From Octopus sinensis (taxonomy: Eukaryota), in NCBI RefSeq assembly GCF_006345805.1, contig NC_042999.1, forward strand, positions 91,946,001 to 92,010,000: a stretch of DNA of 64,000 bases. Direction: 5' to 3'. A model generated the notes under the pieces. That model made no database searches. It saw only the letters and a list, made by a program, of their open reading frames with translations, and was not told the DNA's origin. Below are positions 11,595 through 25,800 of the stretch, piece after piece (the stretch's first letter is position 1; the number at the start of each line of letters is the position of its first letter). The position numbers and the translations under genes were made by a program.

Positions 11595-11765
11595 TTGATC
11601 GCAAGGCCGGCTGGTTTTTATGGGATGAGGCAAGTCGATTACAACGATCTCAGTGTTCAACTGCTACTTATATAATCGGCTCCGAAAGCATGAGAGGAAT
11701 ATTTGACCCCAGAGCTATTTGAACTCCGAACATAAAGAACCAGGAGAAAGGCTGCTTAGCATTTT
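11595..11765 (-). mobile_element. Decayed SINE family A monomer
   Basis: caaggcc..gtcgattacaacg..gaaagcatgagagg..atttgaactccgaac. Confidence 0.6.
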
Positions 11766-14700
11766 GTCTCACAAGGCTTACATATAATTATATATTACAA
11801 AAGTAAATAGCAAAATCGGAGATCAGGTGCACAATTCGCAGAAGCGACTAAGGAAATACATTAATGTAGGAAAAAATGCATATAAAAGAAATGGAATGAG
11901 ACGAACAGTTAGGGTTACGTCCCACTGGGCTTAAACGAAGAACCTCAAAGATCCAAAATTTCTCTGATTTCAAAAGACGAGTACCTTCCCCCAGATGTGT
12001 CCTGCAACCTGCCTGTGTAAGCAGATATTTGGTGCATTCACGTAGGTCACTCTCGCCACTCTCACTCCCCATCCAGCAAACTTACTGGTAACCAGCATCT
12101 TCCTCTCCTCCTTCGCATTCTTCTCCAAGCGAAAGAAAATTAGTCAAAGAGTAGCGCTTGCATTCGGTGCATTCAATGTTATATTTATTTCATCATGGTC
12201 ACCAGACGGAGGAAACCTGTCTGTCCTTTCCGCCCAAGGGAAAATGATTGGGTGATACTCCCAAGGACTCGGCTAATAGCTGAACCCGTTCTACTGCATT
12301 AACAGCATTTCAACTCCAAAACTTAGTTATGCTCAGACACCGAGTGAGTTCATGCATGGAAGACAGTTTTATCCATTTGTGCATATCTTGACGAGGCCCA
12401 GCTTATTGCACTGCTGTGTCCATGGTGTTGATCCACAATGAGCAGCGACTCTGTAGCACTGTCATGTCAGGAGTTTCTGAAAATTGTCAAAATGTTTCAG
12501 GATGGAATAGGCTGTTAAAGAGATCTCTATCCAAACCCCATAGAATTCCAAGAACATGACCGATGATGTTCATCAATAGCCCTCTCCATATGACATGGCT
12601 GATATACCACCAATTGTATCCCTTACTGGTAGATAACTATTAGCAGTTGACAACTATCCGGTGTGAGGTGCTCAAAAACGCTTCTCTTGCTTCAAGACTG
12701 CAATTCCAGCAAGGGTTAACTGTGAAGAAAACTTCTTTCATTAATGGTGACAACACTCTGAACATCCAACACCATCTGCAGATTCTGCAATGGAAGTGCA
12801 TTAGTGCCATGACATCCTGAATCTTCTGCACAATTGGGTTGGGCTTGATAACAAGAGAACATTCTTAGCAGCAAACTTCGTCCCATCTAAGGAAAGTTAG
12901 AGCAGACACTACAACCTGTTCAGATGAAATCTTGAATAGGGCACAACGATCTAGTTATAATACATGATGGATGCAGTGTATGAGATCAGCACCTCTACTC
13001 ATTCTTCTAGGGTTATCTTCTACACTAACGTCTGCGTTTGACTGGCCACATTTCTTGTAATACCATCGCCGTCTTTTATTCATTTAGTAATCCGGCTCGG
13101 AATCAGATCGAAGGCCTCTTAACAGAACACTAGATCCAGTGAACCACAGTACTGAATATACCGTATCTACTATTCTAAGTAGAGCTTGTTCAAATTAACG
13201 CGTGCTTCAGCTATTACTTCATAATATTTCAGCAGAGTGTCTCACCATTCGGTCACTGCCATGTTAGACACATTCATGGTGACATCAGCCATATTTGCCA
13301 GCAAGGCCTTTCGATTCTCAGTTCGTTTGTCTGGCACTCAACACCTATGACTTCTTCAGTAACCGTTTATTGCCAAAATGTAGTGGGGAAATGAGAAAGT
13401 GACTCTGAGATGGACTGAGTATACAATTCGAAATTTCTTATATGTAGCTTTTTAGTCTGATCACGGAGTAGACGTTCTTTTACAGTAATACAGTCTAGTT
13501 TCTTAACGGGACTGAAGTATATTGTACTGAGATCATTAATAGGTTTTGATGCAGATGGTGCTGATTACTTTGGATTGTTGCGAAAGGATCAGACACACCG
13601 AAGCTATAAACGAATTTTAGTAGTCGCATGCACTGTTATAAATCATGTAATATGGAGACTTATGATTTATGGAGACATATGATTTAATATGTAATATAAA
13701 TCATGTAATATGCCAAGAATCACATAAGTTTCCCTGCCACCTGCCATGCTATAGATGACAAGTACCAGGCTATTTTATGATTTATTTGGTCAAGCTAAAA
13801 TTATTAATGATGTGTCTCCTTTGGTTAAAGCCTTCCATATCAGCACCCCCTACTTCGTGGATTACATGGCTGAGAATACTCCAAGTTTATAAACGGTACT
13901 GATACTCTTCCGCCTATAGATGATTGAACAAGTTTGGTATGTAACCATGCATATCGTAGGTAAATTATCTAATGCAAGTGGATTGCATCGCACCAGATTA
14001 TTTACAGCCAGGTATATCCCAATAGGTTCATTCTAATTTTCGCAACATTCGCACATTCTGTCAAGAGCTGCAAGAGGCCATCGTATTAGGCGCTAAGGAT
14101 TTACAATCTGCTACAACCATACAAATAATTAAGCTAAGTATTGCTGAAAAACACACATATCTCCCTGGAAATGCTAAGCATACCAACGCCGTGGTCCACT
14201 ACAGACTTGATTTTGATTACTGTGTCCTCCCTTGGCCCAAGTCACATTTTGAATCGCTTGTATTTCCTTGTTTTGCCACATTTCTCCAATTAAAGTTGGC
14301 CATGATGTTAATGTGCTCTGCATTAATTACCTAGTGTAAATAATGTTCACCTCTTCTTTGCTCTTGGTGGATTTTCTAGGATGTCAAAATTTTGAAAATT
14401 AACACTATTCAGTTGCTGCATGGGATCAATGTTGTAACTGGTTTTATTACGTTTCATCACGGTTGCAACCCGTAATCTAGGATAACAACTGCTTCTGACC
14501 GACTCCCTCGGCTTTTGATATGATAGAGAGTATAATGAAACCGACTTCAATACTGTGTAATATCAGGATAAAAATCGAATTCATGAGTTTGATATTCCAG
14601 AAATAGAAAAATAAGGTGAATATCTTTAGGTTAAACGAATGAAGCTGAAATCTTTCAGGAGTTAATAACAGAAAGTGGGGAGGAGACAAATACACACTGA

Positions 14701-15039
14701 TACAATCAGCAAGCCTTTACCGATATCATGGGCAAGAAGGATAGGAGATGTATACTTATTTATATTACAATGCCTACCGCAGCAACCAACTCAGAGAAAT
14801 GAACCACGTATAAAATCCATGAAATTGAATTCAAAAGGTGTTTAGTATGAAGACCAAAATAATTCTTGGTTATCGTAATTCTAGGATTAAAAAAATGGAA
14901 ATGGAAAAGTTCACTAATCGTAATCTAAGCAACAACAATATCTGCGCAGTCTAGGACATGCTCTAGTGGGAACAACCAGCATACAGTTCAGAGTCTACAA
15001 AACAACGAACACAATTAAAACAATAATAATAAAATCAAA

Positions 15040-15860
15040 CAATAATAATGAAAGTTCCTCAGCAGGAGAGTAACCACCTGAAGTTGGCTCAATACCCCAC
15101 GAATTCTGAACCACTTGAAGCCTCCCCCTTTCCCTCTCAAACTCACTAGTCTACAGGCGCATTATTAGAGTAGGTCCGCTCACACGGGCCATTTTCGTAC
15201 ATTCACCCACCTTTTAGCAAAGGGAAGTGGTGAAGCACTTCCCTCTCAACCCTCATCTTCCTTTCCAAGTAGAATTTGAAACGGTTGACGTGGAATTGGC
15301 CGAAGAGAAAAGTGTCTGTCCTCAGTCCTTTCAACCTGGTCCACCAAACAACCACTTTCGCTACTGCTATCAGACGGAGACAAATTGCCTGCCCTTCCGG
15401 ACAAATGGAAGATGGCGGATCGATCTCCACTATGGACTCGGGCGATAGCCAGATCTGTCCTACGCGTGATAACAGCAGTTCAACATAACTCCACAAGTCA
15501 GTAATGCAAGGACACTAGGCGAGTGCGTGCAGAACGGTTTCGTCTCTCTGCGCGCATCTCGGGCAGGTCCGTCTGACAGCACTTCCGTGCCTGTGGAGTT
15601 TATCTCAAACCGGCAGTGTTCTCCGGTAGCACTGCATTTCTAGGGATTTCTGGAAGTTATCCATCGTCTCCGGCTCGAAAGTCCTCCTAAACAGACTGGT
15701 AAGTTCGACTTCGTCGACGTGTAGCGTCTCTCCGAGTGCGTCATCGCACTTTCCCTCCACTAACCCTCTATAGAACTCGAGAGTGAATGTCCACTGACCG
15801 CATTGTTCGACTGGTATTCGACTGCCATTTCTATCGACCATTTCTATCGCAAATCCTCAC
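15040..15860 (-). pseudogene. Tx1/L1-clade LINE 3' fragment
   Basis: Minus-strand translation FYRGLVEG..DNFQKSL..CYR.TLPV, CPRCAQRDETVLHAL..CP (CCHC knuckle), LWSYVELLLSRVG, FKFYLERKMRVERE, followed by 3' UTR. Confidence 0.75.
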
Positions 15861-16084
15861 ACATACGAACACTTGCTCTTCCCATTTTGCTTTTACATTA
15901 TAGCTATAAAATAATGAAAGCGTCAAAAAGCAGTGGAATAGCACGATACCATTAAATCTATAGTTAAGAAAAAATATGTAGTGGGGGAATTCCAATTACA
16001 GACTAGACGGGCTAATTTTAATCATAAAAAGAAATGGTCATCTGTTGACCATACTTGAGATTTAATTAACACTACAACACCAGT

Positions 16085-16276
16085 ATATTTTATTCGTTTT
16101 AGTCATTGAACTGCGGTCATGCTGGGGCACCGCTTTGAAGAAGTTTTAGTCGAATGAATCGAACACAATACTTATTTTTTAAAGCCTGATACTTAATCTA
16201 TTGAATTCTTTTTTTCCAAACCACTAAGGACATAAACAAGCCAAAATAGTTGGGGTGAACAAATACAGACACAAAG

Positions 16277-16337
<61 letters not shown>

Positions 16338-16516
16338 CACATATACATACATACATAACACGATAGGCGTCTTTCAGTTTCCGTCTACCTAATCCACTCA
16401 CAAGGCTTTGATCGGCCCGAGATTATAGTAGAGGTCACCTGCCCAAGGTGCGACTTAATTCGACCGAACCTAAAACCATGCAGTCGAGAAGCAAGCTTCT
16501 TACCACACAGTCACGT
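16085..16516 (-). mobile_element. SINE family B
   Basis: Tail ttagtcattgaactgcggtcatgctggggcaccgc, internal (CA)n, head ctttcagtttccgtctacc..ccactcacaaggctttg..agcaagcttcttaccacacag. Confidence 0.8.
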
Positions 16517-16929
16517 CAATCTTCTTAGATATTGACCATTATCTAGTTTTAAACATGAGTAGTACGTAGAATAAGATTAACTAGTTCATATGATATTTTC
16601 ACAAAATGTTCTAATCCTATTCTTACCATTGTGAGGAATGTACCAAAAACTATCAGCAAAACACTTTTCGCGAAATATTCTAATGAAGAGATTCGTACTG
16701 CCGAATTTTATAATGTTGCTTTAAGCGGAAGCGTCCTCATTAATTATACTAAATGCATACCCAATACTTCTAATTCTAACAATGCTAGTTTAAGGGAAGT
16801 TAAATGGTTTATTTTAATATCGGTTCCTATATGAACTTTTTCTTTCACACTGAAAGTATAGAAACCTATTCAAATGAACATTCCAAAGATCGAACCGGAG
16901 ATGTACAAGTAATCGGTTCAGTAGTTAGG

Positions 16930-17281
16930 ATGTGACCATGCTAGGGTATTGGCTTGGAGGTTTTGATCAAACAAATCGATGCAAGTACTTATTTCTGTTA
17001 AGTTTGGTACTACTTCAATCGAAAGTTTTTGCCAAACGGCCAGGTTACGAGGATGTAATGAAACCAACACTGGTGTGGTGGGGAGCATCACAAAGACACA
17101 AACAACTACATGTATAAGACAGGCTTCATTCAGTTTCCTTCTACTAAATTCACTCATGAGTTATTTTTTGGCCCAGGGCTGTAGTAGAAGATATTTGATC
17201 AAGGTGCCACACTGTTCAACTGAAAGAGAAATCATATGGTTGAGAAGCAAACTTCTTGTCACACAGCCACGCCTGCGCCTA
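16930..17281 (-). mobile_element. SINE family B, decayed
   Basis: Same tail and head motifs, ending cacacagccacgcctgcgcctat. Confidence 0.7.
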
Positions 17282-17849
17282 TCGAGGAGACCTTCCTAAA
17301 ACAATGTAACCCACACAGAAACATTACTAAATCGTATGTTTTACCACTTATCACTTTAAGAGCGTTTATGAATCGTTACATCATTATAAGCACTTCTGGG
17401 ATATTTGTTGCCTGTACAGTCACAGTCATTTATTAAGTCACTCTATCATGTTCCTTTACATAATATACCAATTTCCACTTCAATCTTTATATATTCATGA
17501 CTTCAGCATTTTCACATTATTTTAAGATAAGACTTTTACTCTCGCTTTAAAATTGTTTTTTCAATAACCAGAACAGCCTCTTGTAAAAACGTATTCAATT
17601 TTATCATTCCTAGACTGCAAAATAACTCATTTCAATGACCAATATTAATATATCGCTACAATGCTTACCTTAGTATCATTCATGGCCTACGCAACACCTA
17701 TATTTATCCACTATACCTTTTGGATATTCGAAATGTTGAGCCGTTCCACTTTGTCGTATGGTAATTATTCAAGAAGTATTGAATATAAAGCTTCATGACA
17801 CGACATATAATAGTTAAAAGCAATGGCATATGTACATTTATATGTACAT

Positions 17850-17869
17850 TTCTCTCTATATATATACAC

Positions 17870-17902
<33 letters not shown>

Positions 17903-17911
17903 ATATATATA

Positions 17912-17960
<49 letters not shown>

Positions 17961-18670
17961 AAGAAGGGGAGATAATAAAGTAATGATGATACCAAAATGA
18001 AGGTGCGCGTGCGAGTGTATGTGAGAGCATGTATGTGCGTGTGCGTGCGTGTAGAAAGGGTATTGTGACATTGACGTGTGCGTGTGTGCATGTGTACACG
18101 TGTGGATGATGGCGTAGGTGCTGGAAAGTGGTCAGTGCTAGTGTGTGCGGGGTGGTGCGATGTGGTGTGGTGGTGTGTGGTGTGTGGTGTGGTGGTTGGG
18201 GTGTGGTGGTGTGTAGTGTGGTGTGGTAGTGTGTGGTGGTGTGGTGTGGTGATGTGTGGTGTGGTGTGGTGGCGTGTGGTGTGGTGTGGTAGTGTGTGGT
18301 GTGGTGGTGTGCGGTGTGGTGGTGTGTGGTGTGGTGGTGTGTGGTGTTGGGGTGTTGGGGTGTTGAGAGGCGAGAGTGGGGGAAGCAAGGATGGGGTCTA
18401 AGGGATGGGGTAGGTGGGATGGGATGTATAGGGATGGTGGGGTTGGAATATGTAGGGGTGGGGTGAAGAGAGAGCGGTGACGATGAGGGCAGAGTGTGAA
18501 AGGGAGAATGTGGGAAGGAGTGAAGAGAGGAAGTAAGCGCCAGAGCAAGAGAGGAGAGGTGGGTGGGATGAAGTAGGTGTGAGAGAAAGAGAGGAGAGAG
18601 GAGGAGGGTTAGATGAAGAGGGGAAGAGAGTTGAGTTCATGTGGCACAAAGGAGCAAAGAGAGAAGATTA
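17850..18670. repeat. (TA)n, degenerate (GTG/GTGGT)n array and GA-rich G-run tract
   Basis: Near absence of C on the + strand across about 18160-18360; G-runs at 18393-18442. Confidence 0.9.
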
Positions 18671-18884
18671 ATCCTTGCTCACGGCGAAGACGGAAGTCCG
18701 GATGGCCCCTGTGCAAGAACAATCCGAACACAGACAGATGTTGTAAAAGTGACCGGTAGAGCGGAAATGGTGAGAGACCGGGGTGTTGTTGCGTCCCGTT
18801 TTACTGATGTATAGAGAAGGGCAGAGAAATACAGTAGATGTTGCTAGAAGTGCAGGTGAAGGAGTCAGTGATATGATAGGGTCG

Positions 18885-18917
<33 letters not shown>

Positions 18918-19479
18918 TGTATGTATGTATGTATGTATGTATGTATGTATGCACGCATGTATGCGTGTATGTATGTACCTTTCATTACACAGGTCAATAA
19001 TTGAAATTTAAAGAATCCATATAATTGCAAAATCTAGAATTGGTATGTTCACTTTTGTCTTGTCCTTCTATAAACGCTGCTTAGCCTAAAGAAGTGGAAG
19101 AAAAGTGTCACTCGGTTATGGATTTAATTTGAATGGAATAGTAAACAACTTCATCATCAGATATTCGATTCTCAGAAAGAAATCTAGAAACCGATTTTCA
19201 GTTCTATACTACTACAATACACATACGCTCCTTTTCTTTCTCTTTCCCTCTGTTTCTCTCTCTTTCACTTTCTCACCCCCGCATATGTGTGCACATGTGC
19301 ATAATATATTGAAAATGGGATGGATGGCTTCCCTTTTGCAAATACTGATAGGGCACAGAAAGGGTGTCAATAGCTAGCTGGAGGAGGTGTCCTCCTGGGG
19401 CTACAAGCTACAGTAGCATCCACCCTTAAGGGTTAGCCATATTTAAGTGGCATATGTACTTCACAATATATGTGTATAT

Positions 19480-19523
<44 letters not shown>

Positions 19524-19526
19524 ATA

Positions 19527-19559
<33 letters not shown>

Positions 19560-19560
19560 C

Positions 19561-19595
<35 letters not shown>

Positions 19596-19708
19596 GAGAC
19601 AGAGAGAGAGACAGAATTATGTATACATATATACATGTAAATAATATTAATATTTTATATGCAATAATCTTAGAAGCGATCGCCATAGATTCACTAAGAA
19701 AAATAGTT

Positions 19709-19848
19709 TAATATTGGGATATATAAGCCCTCAGCGAAAATAAAAAGGGGATTTTTCTGTACACATGTGGCAGGAACCCACATCTTTAAATATTCATGAT
19801 AAGAAAAATCTGCTTTTTTACGTCGAGGGCTTATATGCCCCAATATTA
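19709..19848. mobile_element. 140-bp MITE-like element with 24-bp terminal inverted repeats
   Basis: taatattgggatatataagccctc (19709-19732) versus gagggcttatatgccccaatatta (19825-19848), 2 mismatches; begins and ends with TA. Confidence 0.65.
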
Positions 19849-20594
19849 GACAATTTTGTTTGTCAATACACAGTGATCGCTTATAAGCTTTAAGCCTTTA
19901 AAATATTATTTACAGAACTGTCACACGTTACAGCAGATATATATACATATATATCTATATACATATATGAGTATTATATACGTATGTATATGTGTTTGCG
20001 TTTGTGTTTTCAACTAAATGAACTAAAGAGAATCAAGGTATGTGAATCACATAAAAATCATATATTCTACAAAACGAACGCATTTGAACGCTTGAGAATA
20101 AATCCACGCCCTAGCAATTCATCGGAGAAATTGGTTAGAAGACGATTCTTTTATATATAACAGGTATCGTGAACGGAGAAAAAGACAATGGTTACATTTA
20201 AAGAGAATTATCCATCCCCGCGCAAAATAAAAAAAAAAAACACACTTTCGCAACCACGCAACACTACTGACACGGTGGCAGGATGCTTACAGTGAATAAC
20301 CTCTGAGGACGTGGGTCACACCGGCAAGTTCTCTGTGGGCCAAAGCTTTGTCCGAAACTCTTAAATTTCCTGCAAAGTCTCCCCAGGTGAATGCAAGCTA
20401 ATACTAAGATAGCCAACAATCACCGACATTAAATTTTAATTGCAAAAGTGTAACACTCTGTAAGTAATCGTTAAAGCATATCTATTATGTATCTTCATAC
20501 AAAGTTTGTGCAGAACTCAATAACCGTAATTTAAGACCACCTCATATACATAAATATATACAAACATACAATAATACATACATACATACATACA

Positions 20595-20628
<34 letters not shown>

Positions 20629-21142
20629 CATATATACATACATACAAACTTACATACATACATGTATGCATACATACATGCATGTATGCATACATACACA
20701 AACACTTATATAAATAGAATGTATGTATATCAGATTATTATAGTTAATAGAAAGCATTGTGAAATAGAATAATTGTGTTTAAGAAACCCACTTAAATGCA
20801 AGTATGGATATAAATGAGTGTAAACAGACGCAAAACCAATAGAAAACGAACAATGGTTTGCATCTTTATTGGTTTTTAAATTCGAAATATTGAAATAGAA
20901 GGTAGAAATGTAAACCATTGTTCTGGTGCTTTTGGTTATGATTCTGTTTACACTTTATTTTCTAACTACATTCTAGTGGATTAGTAATAGTAAAAATATA
21001 AAGAATAATATATCCAGAAACAATTATGTATATACTGAAACACACATACACACACAGACACATGTATATATATATAAATAAATAAATATATATATGATTA
21101 CCTACATACACGCATATATATGCATTTATATATATATACATA

Positions 21143-21295
<153 letters not shown>

Positions 21296-21651
21296 GAGAC
21301 CACGCGTTTCCCGACTCGTGAGTAGACTTTTCTTTAACTACAAATTATTTTCATAAATTTAAGCTCTCTTATGAGAGAGTATTTATTTATATATACACCC
21401 CATCAACACCTTCTGTTAACAAAAGGATCACCCACACAATAAAAAATAGAAAAAAAATGAGAAGATAAGAAAGATAAAATTACTGCAAGCTCATAATTCA
21501 AATACAATCACATATTTCTCAGTATTCCAGCAAATATTCTGTACAATCTATTCTATTCTACATACTTCTCCCTAAACAAAGAACACATTTTAAAAAAATA
21601 ATCAACAAAACAAACAAATAAAATAAAACTTAGTAAAAATTATCCACCGGA

Positions 21652-22810
21652 ATGGCTAGCCATCAAAAGTCAAAAAAAAATTGGTCTGATAATGAAATTG
21701 GTGTTCTTATAAATATATGGCATTGACTTACCCAAACGGAAAACATAGGTGCTTCGTGTCTGAACGAAATTGCTGAACGGACAGTTCATATTTTGCTAAC
21801 TCGATTTGAACAGCAGATTCAAAATAAATTGAAGCAAATCGAAGTTGCTTTTAAATTAATTGATAAACACTTCGATAAACTGAGATGTGTTTTCTCTTCG
21901 AACACATCGCCGGCGCAACAACAACAACTTCCGCAGCATGAACAGCAACAACCTCAGCGGCAACAAGAACAACAACAACAACAACCTCAGCGGCAGCAAC
22001 AACAACAACAGAATGAACCACTCCTTGATTCATCTACAATCGACAATTTGTTAAACGAAACGATTGACCCCCCCCCCAGTCACCGGGGTCTCACAGCAGG
22101 AAGCACCATCCCTTCCTTTCACTGCCCCAGTAGCTCAATCATCATCACTGTCAACATCATCTCTTCTGCCTACTACTACTATTACTACAAACACTATCAA
22201 ACCAAAAACCTCTTGGTCTACCGCTATCTCATGGAATCAATCATCATCACTGTCAACATCTCTTCCGCCTACTACTACTACTACTACTACTACTACCACT
22301 ACTGCTGCTGCTGCTGCTGCTACCTCAAGGAATCTATCTCCTACTACTTCCACCGGTCACAAAGGTCGCCAAAACCTCGACAAGCTATCATCCACACCTC
22401 TCACAACTCACACACGCACTCACGCACCCACTCGAAACCCCATCATTTGCCGTTATTCTCTCCGCCATAGATTGTGCACTGATAGAGACTGCACATTCAC
22501 CCATTTACTCGGGACAAAACGCATTATCCCCACAAACTACAAAAGCCACCACCCTATTACAACACCACCACAACCACCAAAAACTCAAACAAGGAATCCC
22601 CAAATCTGCCGCTTTTCCCAGCGAGACAGATTGTGTTTGCACAGGGATTGTCCCTTTACCCATCTCCCGGGGACTCGTCGGACAAATAATAATAAAAATA
22701 AAAACCAAAAATCCTACGACTCATATAGAAATAACCACTCATATAAAAATAACCACAACCACAGTCACCTACAGTTCCCTAGACAGGAAACTTCTTCCTC
22801 TTTTTTTTAG
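21652..22810 (+). pseudogene. LINE ORF1 with Myb/SANT-like start, coiled coil, polyQ, Thr-rich linker and two CCCH zinc fingers (disrupted)
   Basis: The ATG at 21652 reads MASHQKSKKNWSDNEIGVLINIWH* and continues in the frame of ORF 21793. A frameshift in the poly-C at about 22068-22077 leads to ICRYSLRHRLCTDRDCTFTH and ICRFSQRDRLCLHRDCPFTH (C-x8-C-x4-C-x3-H). Confidence 0.7.
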
Positions 22811-22892
22811 CTATAATGAATCTAGCAAAAGAACTGGAAAAAAACATCCGAGCTATCACCCACCACCATCCACCACTATCACCCCACTGCAC

Positions 22893-25800
22893 ATGCCATT
22901 AAAAAGCAATCAAATAAACAAATCACCAAAACAATTAAAACCAACCACTCTCACCTCAACATTTTTGCTTAATGCCCAAGGCATCAGCCCTTCCACCAAT
23001 ACCCAAAAATGGAAGATAAAATTCCTGGAGGACTGGGTCGATGCCCATCCAAACCACATCCCTTTCTTCGTCCTCACTGAAACCCATCTTAGTAAACTTC
23101 ACTTGGAAGCCGAGGTGAAAGTTAAAAATTTCAAAGCCATTCGTGCTGATCATGCTGGCAGAAGAAAGGGTGGGACTGCCATTTATGTTCATGATTCATT
23201 CTCAACAGAAGCTATGAACATAATTTCCAATGGATACTGCGAAGCAGTCACTGTATTTAGTCAAACCAACTTAACAGTAGTTGGGCTCTACAGACCACCC
23301 CAAACGCCCCTACCATGCTTCAAGGAATGCCTCAATAACATAAAGTGTTTCATTCAGCAGTGTCAACCTGACAACATTTTAATGATGGGAGACTTCAACC
23401 TTCCCGGGGTTGACTGGTCTACAAACAGTCTGCCGCCAGGTTCTTCTCTCTCAACCCCTGACAGGGAGGCAGTGGAATCGCTTCTTGACTTCATGGATGA
23501 TTTCTTCCTGTCCCAACTGGTGCTCGAACCAACGAGATGTCATACAAACGTCTTAGACTTAATTTTCAGCAATCACACTGATACTATCCACAATATTGCA
23601 GTGGAGAAAACCCTACTCTCTGATCATGACATGGTTCTCTGTGATCTGAGATTTCACTGGCCAAAATGCAAAACAAATGTCATCCCTCCTGTTCATCCAT
23701 TTGACACTATGGATTTCCACAATGCAAACTGGGAAGCGATAAATAATGATCTTGCACAAGTCGATTGGTCCTTCACGCACACATACACACCCACTAACAT
23801 CAAAAAGTCCTGCCAGTCATTTGTAGACACCATTACGAACATATGTGCAAAACACACCCCATTAAGATCTGCAAACAAATCTAAGTGTCGAATCCCTAGA
23901 AATAGAAAATCTCTCATCAGGAAAATTAAAAGAATTAACAAAAAAATCAACAAGCTGAAATACTGTCAACTGCAACACACCAACCTGACTGCCATCTCGT
24001 CGCTAGAGATTAAAAAACATAAACTCCAAAACAACATGATGTCTATCATCAATAGTCAGCGAAGAGCTGAAAAGGCCTGGGCCATTGAGAAGATCAAACT
24101 CAATCCCAAAGTGTTCTTTTCATTTGCAAAAACACACAGAGTCACAGGTTCTACTGTTGGCCCTCTGATTGATGAAAATGGTACTCTTCAAGACAATGCC
24201 AAAGCCATGGTAGAGATATTGCAGAAACAATATTGCTCTATTTTCAGCAATCCTGATATGACTGATCTGGGCTGTATCAGTGATGTTACTCCCCAATACA
24301 CTTTATCGGACATAACCTTTGGCGCTCCTGATGTCTTAGCAGCAATAAAGGAAATGAAGCATAATTCAGCAGTAGGTCCCGATAGGTTCCCTGCTTGTGT
24401 CTTGAAGATCTGTCAAAACCAACTTGCACCCCCTCTAGCCAATCTGTGGCGGAACTCACTGGATGCTGGATATATACCAGAAGACCTTCTATCCAGTCTG
24501 TTGTCCCAGTTTTCAAAAAGGAAACAAATCGCTTGCCGTGAATTACCGTCCAATCTCACTCACCTCTCATATCATTAAGGTATTTGAGAGAGTGCTGAGA
24601 TCGCGTATGACTCACTTCCTTGAGAGTCATAATATGCTGAACTCCAACCAGCATGGATTCCGTAATGGAAGAGATTGCCTGACGCAGCTACTGCATCATT
24701 TTGATGACATTTTCAGAGCCTTGAGAGAGGGTTCCAACACTGATGTCATCTACCTTGATTTCAGCAAGGCCTTTGACAGTGTTGATCATAAGATCCTTTT
24801 GAGAAAGCTGTCCAATATTGGTGTCACTGGAAAGCTGCTGCAGTGGATCAAGTGCTTCCTGTCTAACAGAACCCAACGTTTTGTGTCGAAGGAGTCAAAT
24901 CCAGCCCAGCCAAAGTCAGCAGTGGTGTCCCACAAGGCACTGTGTTGGGCCCACTTCTCTTCATCATCTACATAAATGATATTACTGACACCATCAAACA
25001 CAGTAACATCAGAGCCTTCGCTGATGATTCCAAGCTCCAGAAGGTCATCAATGGCGTGGATGATCGAATAAGCCTTCAGTCAGACCTACTGGCTGTTGTC
25101 AATTGGCGGAAAAGAACAACATGTTGCTAAACGAAGACAAATTCGAACTGATCCACTTTGGAAGGGAGGACGCTCTGAAACTCCCATACTCCCTTCCTTC
25201 TGGAGAAATTCTCATGGCGTCCAACAACATCAGAGACTTGGGAGTAGCAGTGGACAACAACATAAGCTGGGCTACACATATAAGCAGCAAAGTTGACATG
25301 GCCCGCAGAATGTGTTCCTGGATTCTCAGAACCTTCCAGTCGAGAGATTCCCACACTATTATCCTTCTCTTCTCCACTTTTGCCCGACCCCACCTTGAAT
25401 ACTGCTGTCCACTGTGGTCTCCCTACACAAAACAAAATATTATGAGAATTGAAGCTCCCCAAAGGTCAATCACAAAAAAGATAGATGGCATGTCAGACCT
25501 TGACTACTGGGGTAGACTAGAGAAGCTGAAACTGTATTCACTCCAACGACGCCGTGAAACGCTATATTATCTGTATGATGTGGAAAATATTTCATCAGCA
25601 CTGTCCGAATGATGTTGGCATCACCTTCAAAATACATCCAAGGCTTGGACCACGTGCCATCCATCCACAACAAAAATCTAAATCGCATCACATAACGACA
25701 ATACGGCACTATTATTTCACCTCAATTGGACCCGCTCTCTTCAACATTACATCAGGACACGTCAAAACAGAAACTGACCACACAAAATTCAAGAAGTCTT

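Noticed and set aside
19420-19436. Palindrome acccttaagggt with central TTAA
   Set aside because: Wrong orientation for piggyBac ends and no associated element; a 12-bp palindrome is weak evidence.
20297-20372. CTGAGGA...GAAA hammerhead-like core
   Set aside because: Stems II and III do not pair properly in this copy; at most a dead Penelope-terminal remnant.
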